Source: Ferroglobus placidus DSM 10642 (GTDB lineage Archaea > Halobacteriota > Archaeoglobi > Archaeoglobales > Archaeoglobaceae). Taken from it: DNA of 32,000 nucleotides. Below are positions 9,109-17,324 of the stretch, piece after piece (position 1 is the first letter of the stretch; every line of letters starts with the position of its first letter). The position numbers and the translations under genes were made by a program. The notes beneath the pieces were generated by a model, which saw nothing but the letters and a program-made list of their open reading frames with translations, ran no database searches and was not told the DNA's origin. The stretch covers positions 1,410,001-1,442,000 of the forward strand of contig NC_013849.1 in the NCBI RefSeq assembly GCF_000025505.1. Reading direction: 5' to 3'.

Positions 9109-10331
9109 TTTATTCTTCCCGCCCCTATCAACCTCCATCTCGTTCCAACTCTCCTGCTTATAGCTACTCTATCTCCTATTTCAGCACAAACCGGTCTTTT
9201 CAGCTTCACTTCTACGATGTCGTCTCTCGCGGAAGTAACGACTCCAAGAGTTATCGCCGTTCCGACAGCGAGCATTAAGGGCTCGTTCATCTTTATCTTC
9301 TCGACCTTTATCTCCTCCTCGGTCCCGACGACCCTCTCAAGTAATTGAACTTCCATTGTAAACTCGTAAAGAACGTCCGGCAGCTCGTTTGGATGTCCGA
9401 GCACATTACCTACGAGCCCGTCGCTTTTTGTTAGGAACGGATCGAGTTTCGTTGCAACTCCTATAAGTCCTCCGGGGGTAGCTTCTTCGATTTGCCTTCC
9501 GGAAGCCATTATGCTCACGACTTCCGTGTAAATCGGATTGTAATTTCCTCTTTCGTCTTTAACTCCGGGACGAATCTCTATTTCGTCTCCCACTCTCAAC
9601 TTTCCCCTCGCTAAGCTTCCACCTACAACTCCTCCGAGAAGTTTATCTGGAGGAGTTCCTGGTTTGTTTACGTCGAAGCTCCTCGCTATGTGCATGAGAG
9701 GAGGAGAAGTTAGATCTCTTTCTGGAGTGGGTATCGTCTCTTCTATCGCTTCGATGAGGGCATCTATGTTAACCTTCTGCTGGGCAGATATTGGAATTAT
9801 CGGGGCGTTTTCCGCTATGGTTCCTTTAACGAACTCCTTGATTTCTCTGTAATTTTCGAGAATTCTTTCCTTCGGAACGATGTCTATTTTGTTCTGGGCT
9901 ATTACGATTTTGTCAACTCCTATTATTTCGAGAGCCATTAAGTGCTCTTTTGTTTGCGGTCGAGGACACTTCTCGTTGGCTGCGATGACTAAGACTGCAC
10001 CGTCCATTAAAGCCGCACCGCTTAACATCGTTGCCATCAACGTCTCATGCCCGGGACTGTCGACGAAACTCACTGTTCTGAGAATTTCCGTCTCTACGTT
10101 ATGTTTTGGGCAAGTGACTTCGACCGTGTAAGCTTCCGGAGGTTCGCAAAGGGGGCATTTTCTGAAGGTTGCGTCAGCGTAACCCAGCTTTATAGAAATT
10201 CCCCTCTTTAACTCTTCGCTGTGTCTGTCCGTCCAAACTCCGCTTAAAGCGGCAACAAGGGTTGTTTTTCCGTGATCAACGTGACCAACCATTCCTATGT
10301 TAACTTCTGGAAGAGGAACGTCTTTCGACAT
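9105..10331 (-). CDS. eif2g: Translation initiation factor aIF2 subunit gamma
   Basis: [45 protein letters not shown]-x2-C pairs, [30 protein letters not shown]. Confidence 0.97.
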   Translation of the reverse strand: MSKDVPLPEVNIGMVGHVDHGKTTLVAALSGVWTDRHSEELKRGISIKLGYADATFRKCPLCEPPEAYTVEVTCPKHNVETEILRTVSFVDSPGHETLMATMLSGAALMDGAVLVIAANEKCPRPQTKEHLMALEIIGVDKIVIAQNKIDIVPKERILENYREIKEFVKGTIAENAPIIPISAQQKVNIDALIEAIEETIPTPERDLTSPPLMHIARSFDVNKPGTPPDKLLGGVVGGSLARGKLRVGDEIEIRPGVKDERGNYNPIYTEVVSIMASGRQIEEATPGGLIGVATKLDPFLTKSDGLVGNVLGHPNELPDVLYEFTMEVQLLERVVGTEEEIKVEKIKMNEPLMLAVGTAITLGVVTSARDDIVEVKLKRPVCAEIGDRVAISRRVGTRWRLIGAGRIK

Positions 10332-10526
10332 ATTTTAATGAGGGGATTCGAGGATATTTAAATCTTGATATTGGTCCTGATTCCCTTAAATAATGCGAAT
10401 GTTAGAACAACAATCCTCAACGTCTCATCTCCAAATGACCCAGACAGAGAGCTTCTTCTGTTTTTCTTGCAAAGTAGATGTGCTAAGAAGGTAAAAAATT
10501 TATATCTTAACGAAAAACTTTTCAAA

Positions 10527-12458
10527 GTGTTCGAAATCGTAGCTTTCCTGCTGGTTGTTGAGATAATAGGTTTCTCAGCTTACCCCCTCCTCAGAAAAGA
10601 GTTTGGGGAAGAGGCTTATTCTCTAAGCAAACCGTTTGGACTTGCAATTTTAACAGCTGTGGCTTTGTCTTTCTCTTTAGCAGGACTCAATTTTTTCCTC
10701 TCTTCACTTCTTGCTTTAATTTCTCTTGTGATTCTCGCAGTGATCAATCGGGATGGCTTTTACTTTGAAGGGGAAACTTTTAAAGAAGAGCTGGTCTTCT
10801 TAATTTCTTACTCCCTTTCTCTGCTTTACCTTTCACTCAAACCCGAAATTTACTTCGCTTACTCCGAAGACTTTACGGACTTCGCTTTTCTCAAATCCGT
10901 TTTACGTTTCGGAATTTTGAAGGACCCTTGGTTCGGAGGAGAGCAGATTTTTTACTACTTCTTCGGGCACGCTTTAGCGGCTTCTCTCATAAAGCTTTCG
11001 AGAGTTAAAGCTGAAGTCGGTTACAATCTGGCTGTGGCAGCCTATTACTCTCTTGCAGTAACGCTATCATACTCTCTCGGGAAAAGAACGACTAAAAAAG
11101 ACATTTACGGAATTCTTTCAGCTCTCTTCGTTTGCTTTGCAGGATTCTTCTCCGGATTTTTCCAGCTTGTCGCATTTCTCTTCAAAACACCGATTCTTGG
11201 TTATAAAGTCGCTAATACGACCCTTTTTCAATGGCTTCTCAATTTCGACTTTTCAGCAGCGACGAGAGTAATTGATGGGGCTGTTGTGTTTTACCCCTTC
11301 TTCACATTTCTTCAGGGGGATATGCATGCGCACTTCATGTCGATTCCATTTCAGCTTGCCATTCTTCTCTCATCTCTCTCCTTATACACCAGCTTTTCAT
11401 CGAAGAAGTTTGCAACGACGACTTTTCTCTTCACCTTTACCCTCGGAATTAACGCATGGTCGTTTGTATTGGCTTTTCTTCTCATCCCAATTCTCTTGCT
11501 TAAGAGTAAACGTTTTGCGATTCTTTCTGTTTTCTTGGCAGTTTTCATAACTTTGCTCATCCTTACTGGAATTTTGAAGTTCGTCGAGTCGAGAACCGAG
11601 TTTTTTGACTTTCTTCAGGTTTTTGCTCTCTTTTTAGCTTCCACGATCCTTTACACTGCGAAAAAATTAGATTGGAAAGAATTTCTTCTGATACTCTTCT
11701 TCATCCCTCTTGGCTTACTTTTAAACTTTCACTTGCTCTTTCTCTTCCCTCTTGCGTTTTTATTGCTGAGGGAGAAGAGCTTTGAGAACATCTTGCTCTT
11801 TGCTGGAACATTAACTATCCTTTTCTGCGAGCTTTTCTACTTCGACGACCCCCTCGGAAAGCCATTCGAAAGAATGAACACCGTCATGAAGCTTTACATC
11901 TCAGCTTGGATTTTCTGGGGAGTTGCTTCGGCAATTCATCTATCGAAGCTCGGAAGAAGTGCTTTAGCCGTTCTCGCCGTTTTCGCGTTCTCTCTACTTC
12001 ATCCCGTCGCATCCCTTATTGCCATGCCTAACAGCGAGTTGCTCGGAAATAGCGGCAAAGTCACTTTGGACGGAGCCGAGTGGTTGAAGGAAAAGCATTT
12101 AGAAGAGTACCTCGCCATAAAATGGCTTGAAAACAAAAGCGGAGTTGTTCTCGAAGCTCCGGGGGAGGCTTACACTTATTCTTCGAGAGTTTCGACTTTC
12201 ACCGGCTTGCCCACCGTGATTGGCTGGAGAACTCACGAAATCATGTGGGGAAGGAGTTGGGAGGAAGTGGAGGAAAGAATAAAAGAAGTGGACGAAATCT
12301 ACCTTAACGGGAGCTTGGAGCTGGCTAAGAAGTACGGAGTTAGATACGTGTTTTTCGGAGAAGTTGAAAGGATTAGGTACGATAAGAGCGAGCTCGACTA
12401 TCCTTGGCTAAAAGTTGTTTTTAAAAAAGGAAACGTCACGATTTACGAAGTTCCCTGA
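10527..12458 (+). CDS. Large multi-pass membrane protein, DUF2298/'Chlor_Arch_YYY'-type
   Basis: DPWFGGEQIFYYFFGHALAA, FTFLQGDMHAHFMSIPFQL, FYFDDPLGKPFERMNTVMKLYISAW, TVIGWRTHEIMWG. The track start (TTG 10365) looks over-extended; see findings. Confidence 0.85.
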   Translation: MFEIVAFLLVVEIIGFSAYPLLRKEFGEEAYSLSKPFGLAILTAVALSFSLAGLNFFLSSLLALISLVILAVINRDGFYFEGETFKEELVFLISYSLSLLYLSLKPEIYFAYSEDFTDFAFLKSVLRFGILKDPWFGGEQIFYYFFGHALAASLIKLSRVKAEVGYNLAVAAYYSLAVTLSYSLGKRTTKKDIYGILSALFVCFAGFFSGFFQLVAFLFKTPILGYKVANTTLFQWLLNFDFSAATRVIDGAVVFYPFFTFLQGDMHAHFMSIPFQLAILLSSLSLYTSFSSKKFATTTFLFTFTLGINAWSFVLAFLLIPILLLKSKRFAILSVFLAVFITLLILTGILKFVESRTEFFDFLQVFALFLASTILYTAKKLDWKEFLLILFFIPLGLLLNFHLLFLFPLAFLLLREKSFENILLFAGTLTILFCELFYFDDPLGKPFERMNTVMKLYISAWIFWGVASAIHLSKLGRSALAVLAVFAFSLLHPVASLIAMPNSELLGNSGKVTLDGAEWLKEKHLEEYLAIKWLENKSGVVLEAPGEAYTYSSRVSTFTGLPTVIGWRTHEIMWGRSWEEVEERIKEVDEIYLNGSLELAKKYGVRYVFFGEVERIRYDKSELDYPWLKVVFKKGNVTIYEVP

Positions 12459-12759
12459 GGCTCGAGCCGAAGAAAGCTGAGAGAATCGAGAGGATTAGCA
12501 GAAGAATTAAAGGAATTGCAGCCACCTCTGAAAACCTAACCCACGGCGGAAGCGAGGCTAAGAAAATCGCTGAAATTGCTGCGAAAGCAATTAAAGATAT
12601 CGAAATCGCTTTTAAGAGTTTTTCAGCAGCCAATCCTATTCCGGCGAAGGCTAAAATGAAGCCGACCCAGTGAAAGACAGAAATAACGAATCCGAAAGGG
12701 ATTAAAAGGTAAATTAGCTTTCTCACCAGCTCACCTCCTTGTAGTCGCAGTTTATCCAC
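12436..12759 (-). CDS. Small hypothetical membrane protein
   Basis: 107 aa with about three hydrophobic segments. Confidence 0.5.
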   Translation of the reverse strand: MDKLRLQGGELVRKLIYLLIPFGFVISVFHWVGFILAFAGIGLAAEKLLKAISISLIAFAAISAIFLASLPPWVRFSEVAAIPLILLLILSILSAFFGSSLRELRKS

Positions 12760-14144
12760 ATCTCAAGCTGGTCGAAGTAGTGCTTCGAGGTAACTTTCCC
12801 CGAATTCCCACCCGGGATTACCGTGTATGCTTTTTCTCCTACCTCCACGATCATTCTAAAGCTGCTTCCCACTTGGGGACTTTCTTCAACTCTGAAGTTG
12901 TAGATCGTATATTCTGAGCCGTCCATCTGGTAGCTGGGGTAATTGAAAACTTTGAGCTTAACTCCGAAGGGATGCTCAATCTTAAGCCTGTTGTAGTCTC
13001 CGTAAACCTTCCAGCCTTCCCTTTCTATCTCCTCTGGAACCGTTGAAAACGATGTTTCCAGCCACTCTCTTTCCATCCACGTACCTTATCGGATACTTTC
13101 CTGCGGGATAGTAAGCTGTGCTTTTCTCGTCAGCAACCACGAGGTTTTGGGCGGGAACTCAGCCACTTCCCCTTGTAGAGGTATTTTCCACCTTTCCAAA
13201 CGTAGGCGTAGAAGTCTATGACATCAGCTCCAACGTTCGTGAATCCCCATGCTACGTGCTTGTTGTATCCTATTATCACGAACGGGATTCCGGGGAACGT
13301 CACACCTCTAACTTCGAAGTCTTTCGTTTTTAAGTGCATTTCATACCACACGGGTGGAGCTGTTAAAAGCAAGTGAGGGTCGTTGGCTAAAATCGGCTTT
13401 CCGCTCTCGGTAAACTTGCCGGAGATAACCCAGTTATTGCTTCCGATTCCTTCCAGATAACTTATACTTACATTCTCCACTTTTGCCGGAGATGAGTAGT
13501 TTTCGAGAACTTCGTAACCGTGACGAGCTTCGCTGGATACAATTCGAGAGCTTCTGGAAGCTTTCTCCTAATCTCCTCCCTCTTTAAATCCCAGAAGTTG
13601 CCAGTTAACCCCAAGCGATTTCTTTTGCTATCAACAGAGTATCTACAGGAGTCCACTTCTCCGGCTCGTAGTTCAAGAGAATGAACTCTATCGGCAAATT
13701 TCCCGAGTTTATGTAAGCGTTAACGCCTTCGCAGTAAGCGAGAATTGCATCTCTAACGCTTTTGTTCCTCTTCAAAACGTCCCAAGAGGCTTTCGCAGCA
13801 CTTTCGAAGTCCATTTCAACGTGAAACTTATCGCTCTCTAAGGTTTTCTCTCCAAAAATTTCGGAGAGCTGACCTTTCATGTACCTTCTGTGAAGATCCA
13901 TCTGGAAAAGCCGGTCTTTGGCTTGCAAATAGCCTACTGCAAAGAACAGAGCTTTTTCGTTTTCAGCGTAAATGTGCGGAACTCCGAACTCGTCGTAGTA
14001 GATTTCTACATTTCCGTAGGGTTTGTCCATCTTGATTTCATCTTTCCACAAGCTTCCGGAGAAGGGAGCAAAAGCGTTCAAGTACTTGCTCGTTGCAGCA
14101 ACGAACAGAACCAGGAGGAGCAGAGATAAGGCTGCGCGTTTCAT
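12723..14144 (-). pseudogene. Decayed penicillin acylase / peptidase S45 family gene (multiple frameshifts and internal deletion)
   Basis: Three collinear same-strand fragments: 14144-13605 (DEFGVPHIYAENEKALFFAVGYLQAKDRLFQMDLHRR), 13480-13130 (GIGSNNWVISGKFTESGKPILANDPHL...HVAWGFTNVGADVIDFY) and 13076-12723 (GNSGKVTSKHYFDQLEMWINCDYKEVSW, a typical C-terminus). Confidence 0.88.
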
Positions 14145-14181
14145 TAATTCGAGTATATTTTTAACTTTTTTAATTTTTTCG

Positions 14182-14520
14182 CTAAAATTTAATAGAATCT
14201 CTAAGTTCTTCGATCTTTCTCTCGAAAGCTTTTTCGGCTTCTTCGTAAACTTCGAGAAGTTTTTCTGCCAGCTCAGTTAAAGAGCTTTCTCCCCCCTTTT
14301 CTCCACCTCTTTTCGTCTCAACTATTCTCTTTCCGAGCTTTTCTTCCATCTTTTTTATATATCCCCAGACGTATCTGTAGGACATCTCCAATTCCTTAGA
14401 TGCTTTGGATATGCTACCGTGCTTTTTTATAGCTTTGAGAATTTCCGCTCCCCCCTTCCCCATTAAAAACTCTCCGTCCTTTTCTATCCATATTCTGAAC
14501 TTTAGCTCAATAATAGACAT
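14182..14520 (-). CDS. ModE-like N-terminal winged-helix regulator
   Basis: LMGKGGAEILKAIKKHGSISKASKELEMSYRYVWGYIKKMEEKLGKRIVETKRGGEKGGESSLTELAEKLL is the classic ModE DNA-binding domain; no MOP domain present. Confidence 0.85.
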   Translation of the reverse strand: MSIIELKFRIWIEKDGEFLMGKGGAEILKAIKKHGSISKASKELEMSYRYVWGYIKKMEEKLGKRIVETKRGGEKGGESSLTELAEKLLEVYEEAEKAFERKIEELRDSIKF

Positions 14521-15196
14521 CACCACTCACGAACTTCTTAGTCAGTTCATTCTTCGGATTCTCAAAAATTTGTTTCGTTTCTCCGTATTCTATCAGCTTT
14601 CCGTTGTGGAGAAAGGCAACTTTGTCCGAGAGCCTCTTAGCTTGGAAGAGATTGTGGGTTGCGATAACTATCGTTTTTCCTGATTTTGCGAGATCTTTTA
14701 TGCACTTCTCAACTACTGAAGCGTTCTCAGCGTCGAGATTTGATGTGGGCTCGTCGAAGAGATAAACTTCTCTGTCGATAGCCAGAGCTCTCGCTATAGC
14801 CAATCTTTGCTTCTCCCCTCCGCTTAAATTCTTGGCTTTCTTCTTCGCAACCTCAAGAAGATTCAGCTTTTCTAAAATTTCTTCCGCCTTCTCTTTGCTC
14901 GAGTTTTCGTTCAAGGATAATGCGTAGAGCAAGTTGTCCAAAACGGTTCCTCTAAACACAACCGGCTGCTGAAAGACCATCGTAATTTTTTTCCTGTGCT
15001 TTTCGCTCGCTTTTTCTCCCATGAAGTAGTATTCTCCTTCAAAACTTTCGAGCAAGGCCATAATTCTTAGAAGAGTGGTTTTTCCAGCTCCACTACTTCC
15101 CAAAACGGTTGTAATTCCTCTGTCTATCTCAATACTCAAGCTCAGCTTAAAGTGTCCGTAATCCTTGCTTACATTTCTAAGCTCTATCACAGCCAT
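14507..15196 (-). CDS. tupC: Tungstate ABC transporter ATP-binding protein
   Basis: VLGSSGAGKTTLLRIMALLE, NLSGGEKQRLAIARALAIDREVYLFDEPTSNLD; operon context with TupA/TupB-like genes. Start MAVIELRN at 15196. Confidence 0.85.
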   Translation of the reverse strand: MAVIELRNVSKDYGHFKLSLSIEIDRGITTVLGSSGAGKTTLLRIMALLESFEGEYYFMGEKASEKHRKKITMVFQQPVVFRGTVLDNLLYALSLNENSSKEKAEEILEKLNLLEVAKKKAKNLSGGEKQRLAIARALAIDREVYLFDEPTSNLDAENASVVEKCIKDLAKSGKTIVIATHNLFQAKRLSDKVAFLHNGKLIEYGETKQIFENPKNELTKKFVSGDVYY

Positions 15197-15864
15197 TTTT
15201 TCACCAGATTCATTGTCCAAGAGATCGCGAATACCAACGATAGGAGGATTAATCCGAGAACTATTGCGATGTCTATTTCACCTCTCGCCACGTGCATTTG
15301 GATTGCGGTTGTTAAAACTCTCGTGTTCGCAAATCCTCCGTAAACGAACACGTTTCCGCCTATCATGAGAGCGATCCCTAACTCAGCCACCGCTCTGTTA
15401 AATGCGGCTATGGAGGATAGAATTATCCCCGGAAGCGCTTCGTTCAGAACCTTAACGATAGCCTGTGCTCTTGACGCTCCGAGAGTTAAAGCAAGCTCGT
15501 ATATCTCTTCACCAACTTGTTCAATTGAAGTGGCTGTTATGCTCACAACTATAGGCAGAACGAGGAGCATCTGTCCCAAGCTTATTCCCATTTCGGTGTA
15601 AAGTAAGCCGAGGAAGCCGAAGGGTCCTTTTGGAGCTAAGAGGAGGTAGAGGAATAGCCCCATCACGACCGTCGGAATTCCGAGGAGTGTGTTAAATATC
15701 GATTTTAAGAACTCTCTGCCGGTAAAATTGTACAAGGAAAGGAAAACTCCCACTGGAATTCCTATTACAGAAGCAAGTATCGCTGCCGAGCCAGAGACTT
15801 TTAAAGATCTAAGAGTTATCTCAGCCACAACTTCCCAATCTAAATCACCAAAAAGCGATATCAT
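15187..15864 (-). CDS. tupB: Tungstate ABC transporter permease
   Basis: GVFLSLYNFTGREFLKSIFNTLLGIPTVVMGLFLYLLLAPKGPFGFLGLLYTEMGISLGQMLLVLPIV. Likely start MISLFGDLDW at 15864. Confidence 0.86.
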   Translation of the reverse strand: MISLFGDLDWEVVAEITLRSLKVSGSAAILASVIGIPVGVFLSLYNFTGREFLKSIFNTLLGIPTVVMGLFLYLLLAPKGPFGFLGLLYTEMGISLGQMLLVLPIVVSITATSIEQVGEEIYELALTLGASRAQAIVKVLNEALPGIILSSIAAFNRAVAELGIALMIGGNVFVYGGFANTRVLTTAIQMHVARGEIDIAIVLGLILLSLVFAISWTMNLVKKWL

Positions 15865-16816
15865 AATCCTCAGCCCTGTATCTGTACTCCTTTGGGCACT
15901 CGCTTCCACTTATGAATCCGTACTTTACAATCCAGCTGTAGTAAGGCTCTATCTTTTTCTCCAGAACTTCCGCAGCAGGATAGAAGAGAGGAATACCAAA
16001 CTCCTCTTTCCCGAAATCTTTCAAAACTTCCTGCCCTTCGGTTACGAGCCACTTCTCAAATCTCATAGCCAAATCGAAATTTTTGTTTCCCTTTTCCGGA
16101 TTCACGACTATTATCGAGTATACATTTATCAGCTCCTCTCCCTTATCAACAAGAGCTTCTAAATCTATTTTCCCGGCTTTTTTAAATCTCAGATATGTTC
16201 CGGTATCTGAGAGGGTATAAGCTTTCTCGTTGCTTGCGTAAAGCAAAGTTTGACCCATTCCAGCGCCAGTTTCCCTAAACCAGCTCTCCTTTCTTATTTC
16301 CTCGTAATCGAAGCCGGCTTTTTCCCACAAATACATCTCCTTAACGTTCGTCCCCGACAAATCACCTCTCGAAACCCAAATAGCCTTCCCTTCTCTCCCA
16401 GCCTCTGCTATTTTTTTCATAGCGTCAACGACGCTCAAACCTCTTATTTTCGCCGGATCGTCCTTTGGACCGACTATTACAAAGAAATTGTAGGCGAAGA
16501 TTTTTCTGTTCACTCCGTATCCCTCTTTCATAAATTCCTCCTCCTTACTTTTCGCGTGAACGAGTATTGCATCGCTAACTCCGAGCTTCGCATCGTTTAT
16601 AGCTGCTCCAGTTCCCTTCGCTATGAAGTGAATCTCGATCCCGTACTTCTCCTTAAAAATCCTTGCAACCTCGTCAAGAAAGCCAGTGTCGTATAAGCTT
16701 GTGGTAGTCGAGATAGTCAAAATATTCAGCCCTTCCTTTTTATTCTGCTCGTAAAAATAAAGCCCGAAGGTTATCGTCAAAATTGCTAAGGCTAAAATTA
16801 CTATTTTTTGAGCCAT
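15845..16816 (-). CDS. tupA: Tungstate ABC transporter substrate-binding protein
   Basis: ILTISTTTSLYDTGFLDEVARIFKEKYGIEIHFIAKGTGAAINDAKLGVSDAILVHAKSKEEEFMKEGYG...VSRGDLSGTNVKEMYLW...ETGAGMGQTL. Confidence 0.9.
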   Translation of the reverse strand: MAQKIVILALAILTITFGLYFYEQNKKEGLNILTISTTTSLYDTGFLDEVARIFKEKYGIEIHFIAKGTGAAINDAKLGVSDAILVHAKSKEEEFMKEGYGVNRKIFAYNFFVIVGPKDDPAKIRGLSVVDAMKKIAEAGREGKAIWVSRGDLSGTNVKEMYLWEKAGFDYEEIRKESWFRETGAGMGQTLLYASNEKAYTLSDTGTYLRFKKAGKIDLEALVDKGEELINVYSIIVVNPEKGNKNFDLAMRFEKWLVTEGQEVLKDFGKEEFGIPLFYPAAEVLEKKIEPYYSWIVKYGFISGSECPKEYRYRAEDYDIAFW

Positions 16817-16820
16817 ATGC

Positions 16821-16832
16821 ATGAACGTTCAT
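16821..16832. promoter_or_regulatory. Perfect 12-bp palindrome ATGAACGTTCAT between the tupA TATA-like box and tupA start; candidate regulator operator
   Basis: Palindrome read directly; flanked by TTTATATT on the minus strand and the ATG codons of tupA. Confidence 0.45.
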
Positions 16833-16850
16833 AACGAATATAAATTGTTT

Positions 16851-16870
16851 TTGTTCGATGAATCGAACAA
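16851..16870. repeat. 9-bp inverted repeat TTGTTCGAT-GA-ATCGAACAA
   Basis: Both arms match exactly with a 2-nt spacer. Confidence 0.7.
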
Positions 16871-17324
16871 CTTACGAAAGACCTCGAACAGCTTGGAACT
16901 GCTCTCTTTTGACGAGGCTTTGAGGAAGCTTGGTATAGATAAAGCTGAAATTCGAAAGGAAATTTCTAAAGAAACTGAGTAAACTTCTCAGAGAAGATCA
17001 AGTCAGAATTCTTGTCAAACTGAAAATCTTCGAGGAAACTGGCAGAGGAGATTTTGAGAGAATACTTTGAGTTTGGGTTTCTATAGATGTTGAGAGATAA
17101 TGCAAAAAACAAACCGATCTTCTTAGTTGATAGAACTCCTTGATACAAAGAGTGCTGCCAAGAAGAGGATTAAAGTACGAAATAAAGACGAGAGGAATGA
17201 GAAACGCTGTTGATTCCTGGATTCTTTTATTCATAGCACCGTACAATTTGAAGAGGAGTTTGGCATGGTTTTTCTCGTGCTACAAAACAAAATTTAAAAA
17301 TTTTAATGAAATAGCAATAATTTG

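Noticed and set aside
11272-11560. ORFs 11272..11550 (+) and 11351..11560 (-) inside the DUF2298-type gene
   Set aside because: Out-of-frame or antisense to a well-supported membrane-protein gene.
16966-17246. Minus-strand ORFs 16966..17148 and 16998..17246
   Set aside because: Short, mutually overlapping in different frames, no motifs.
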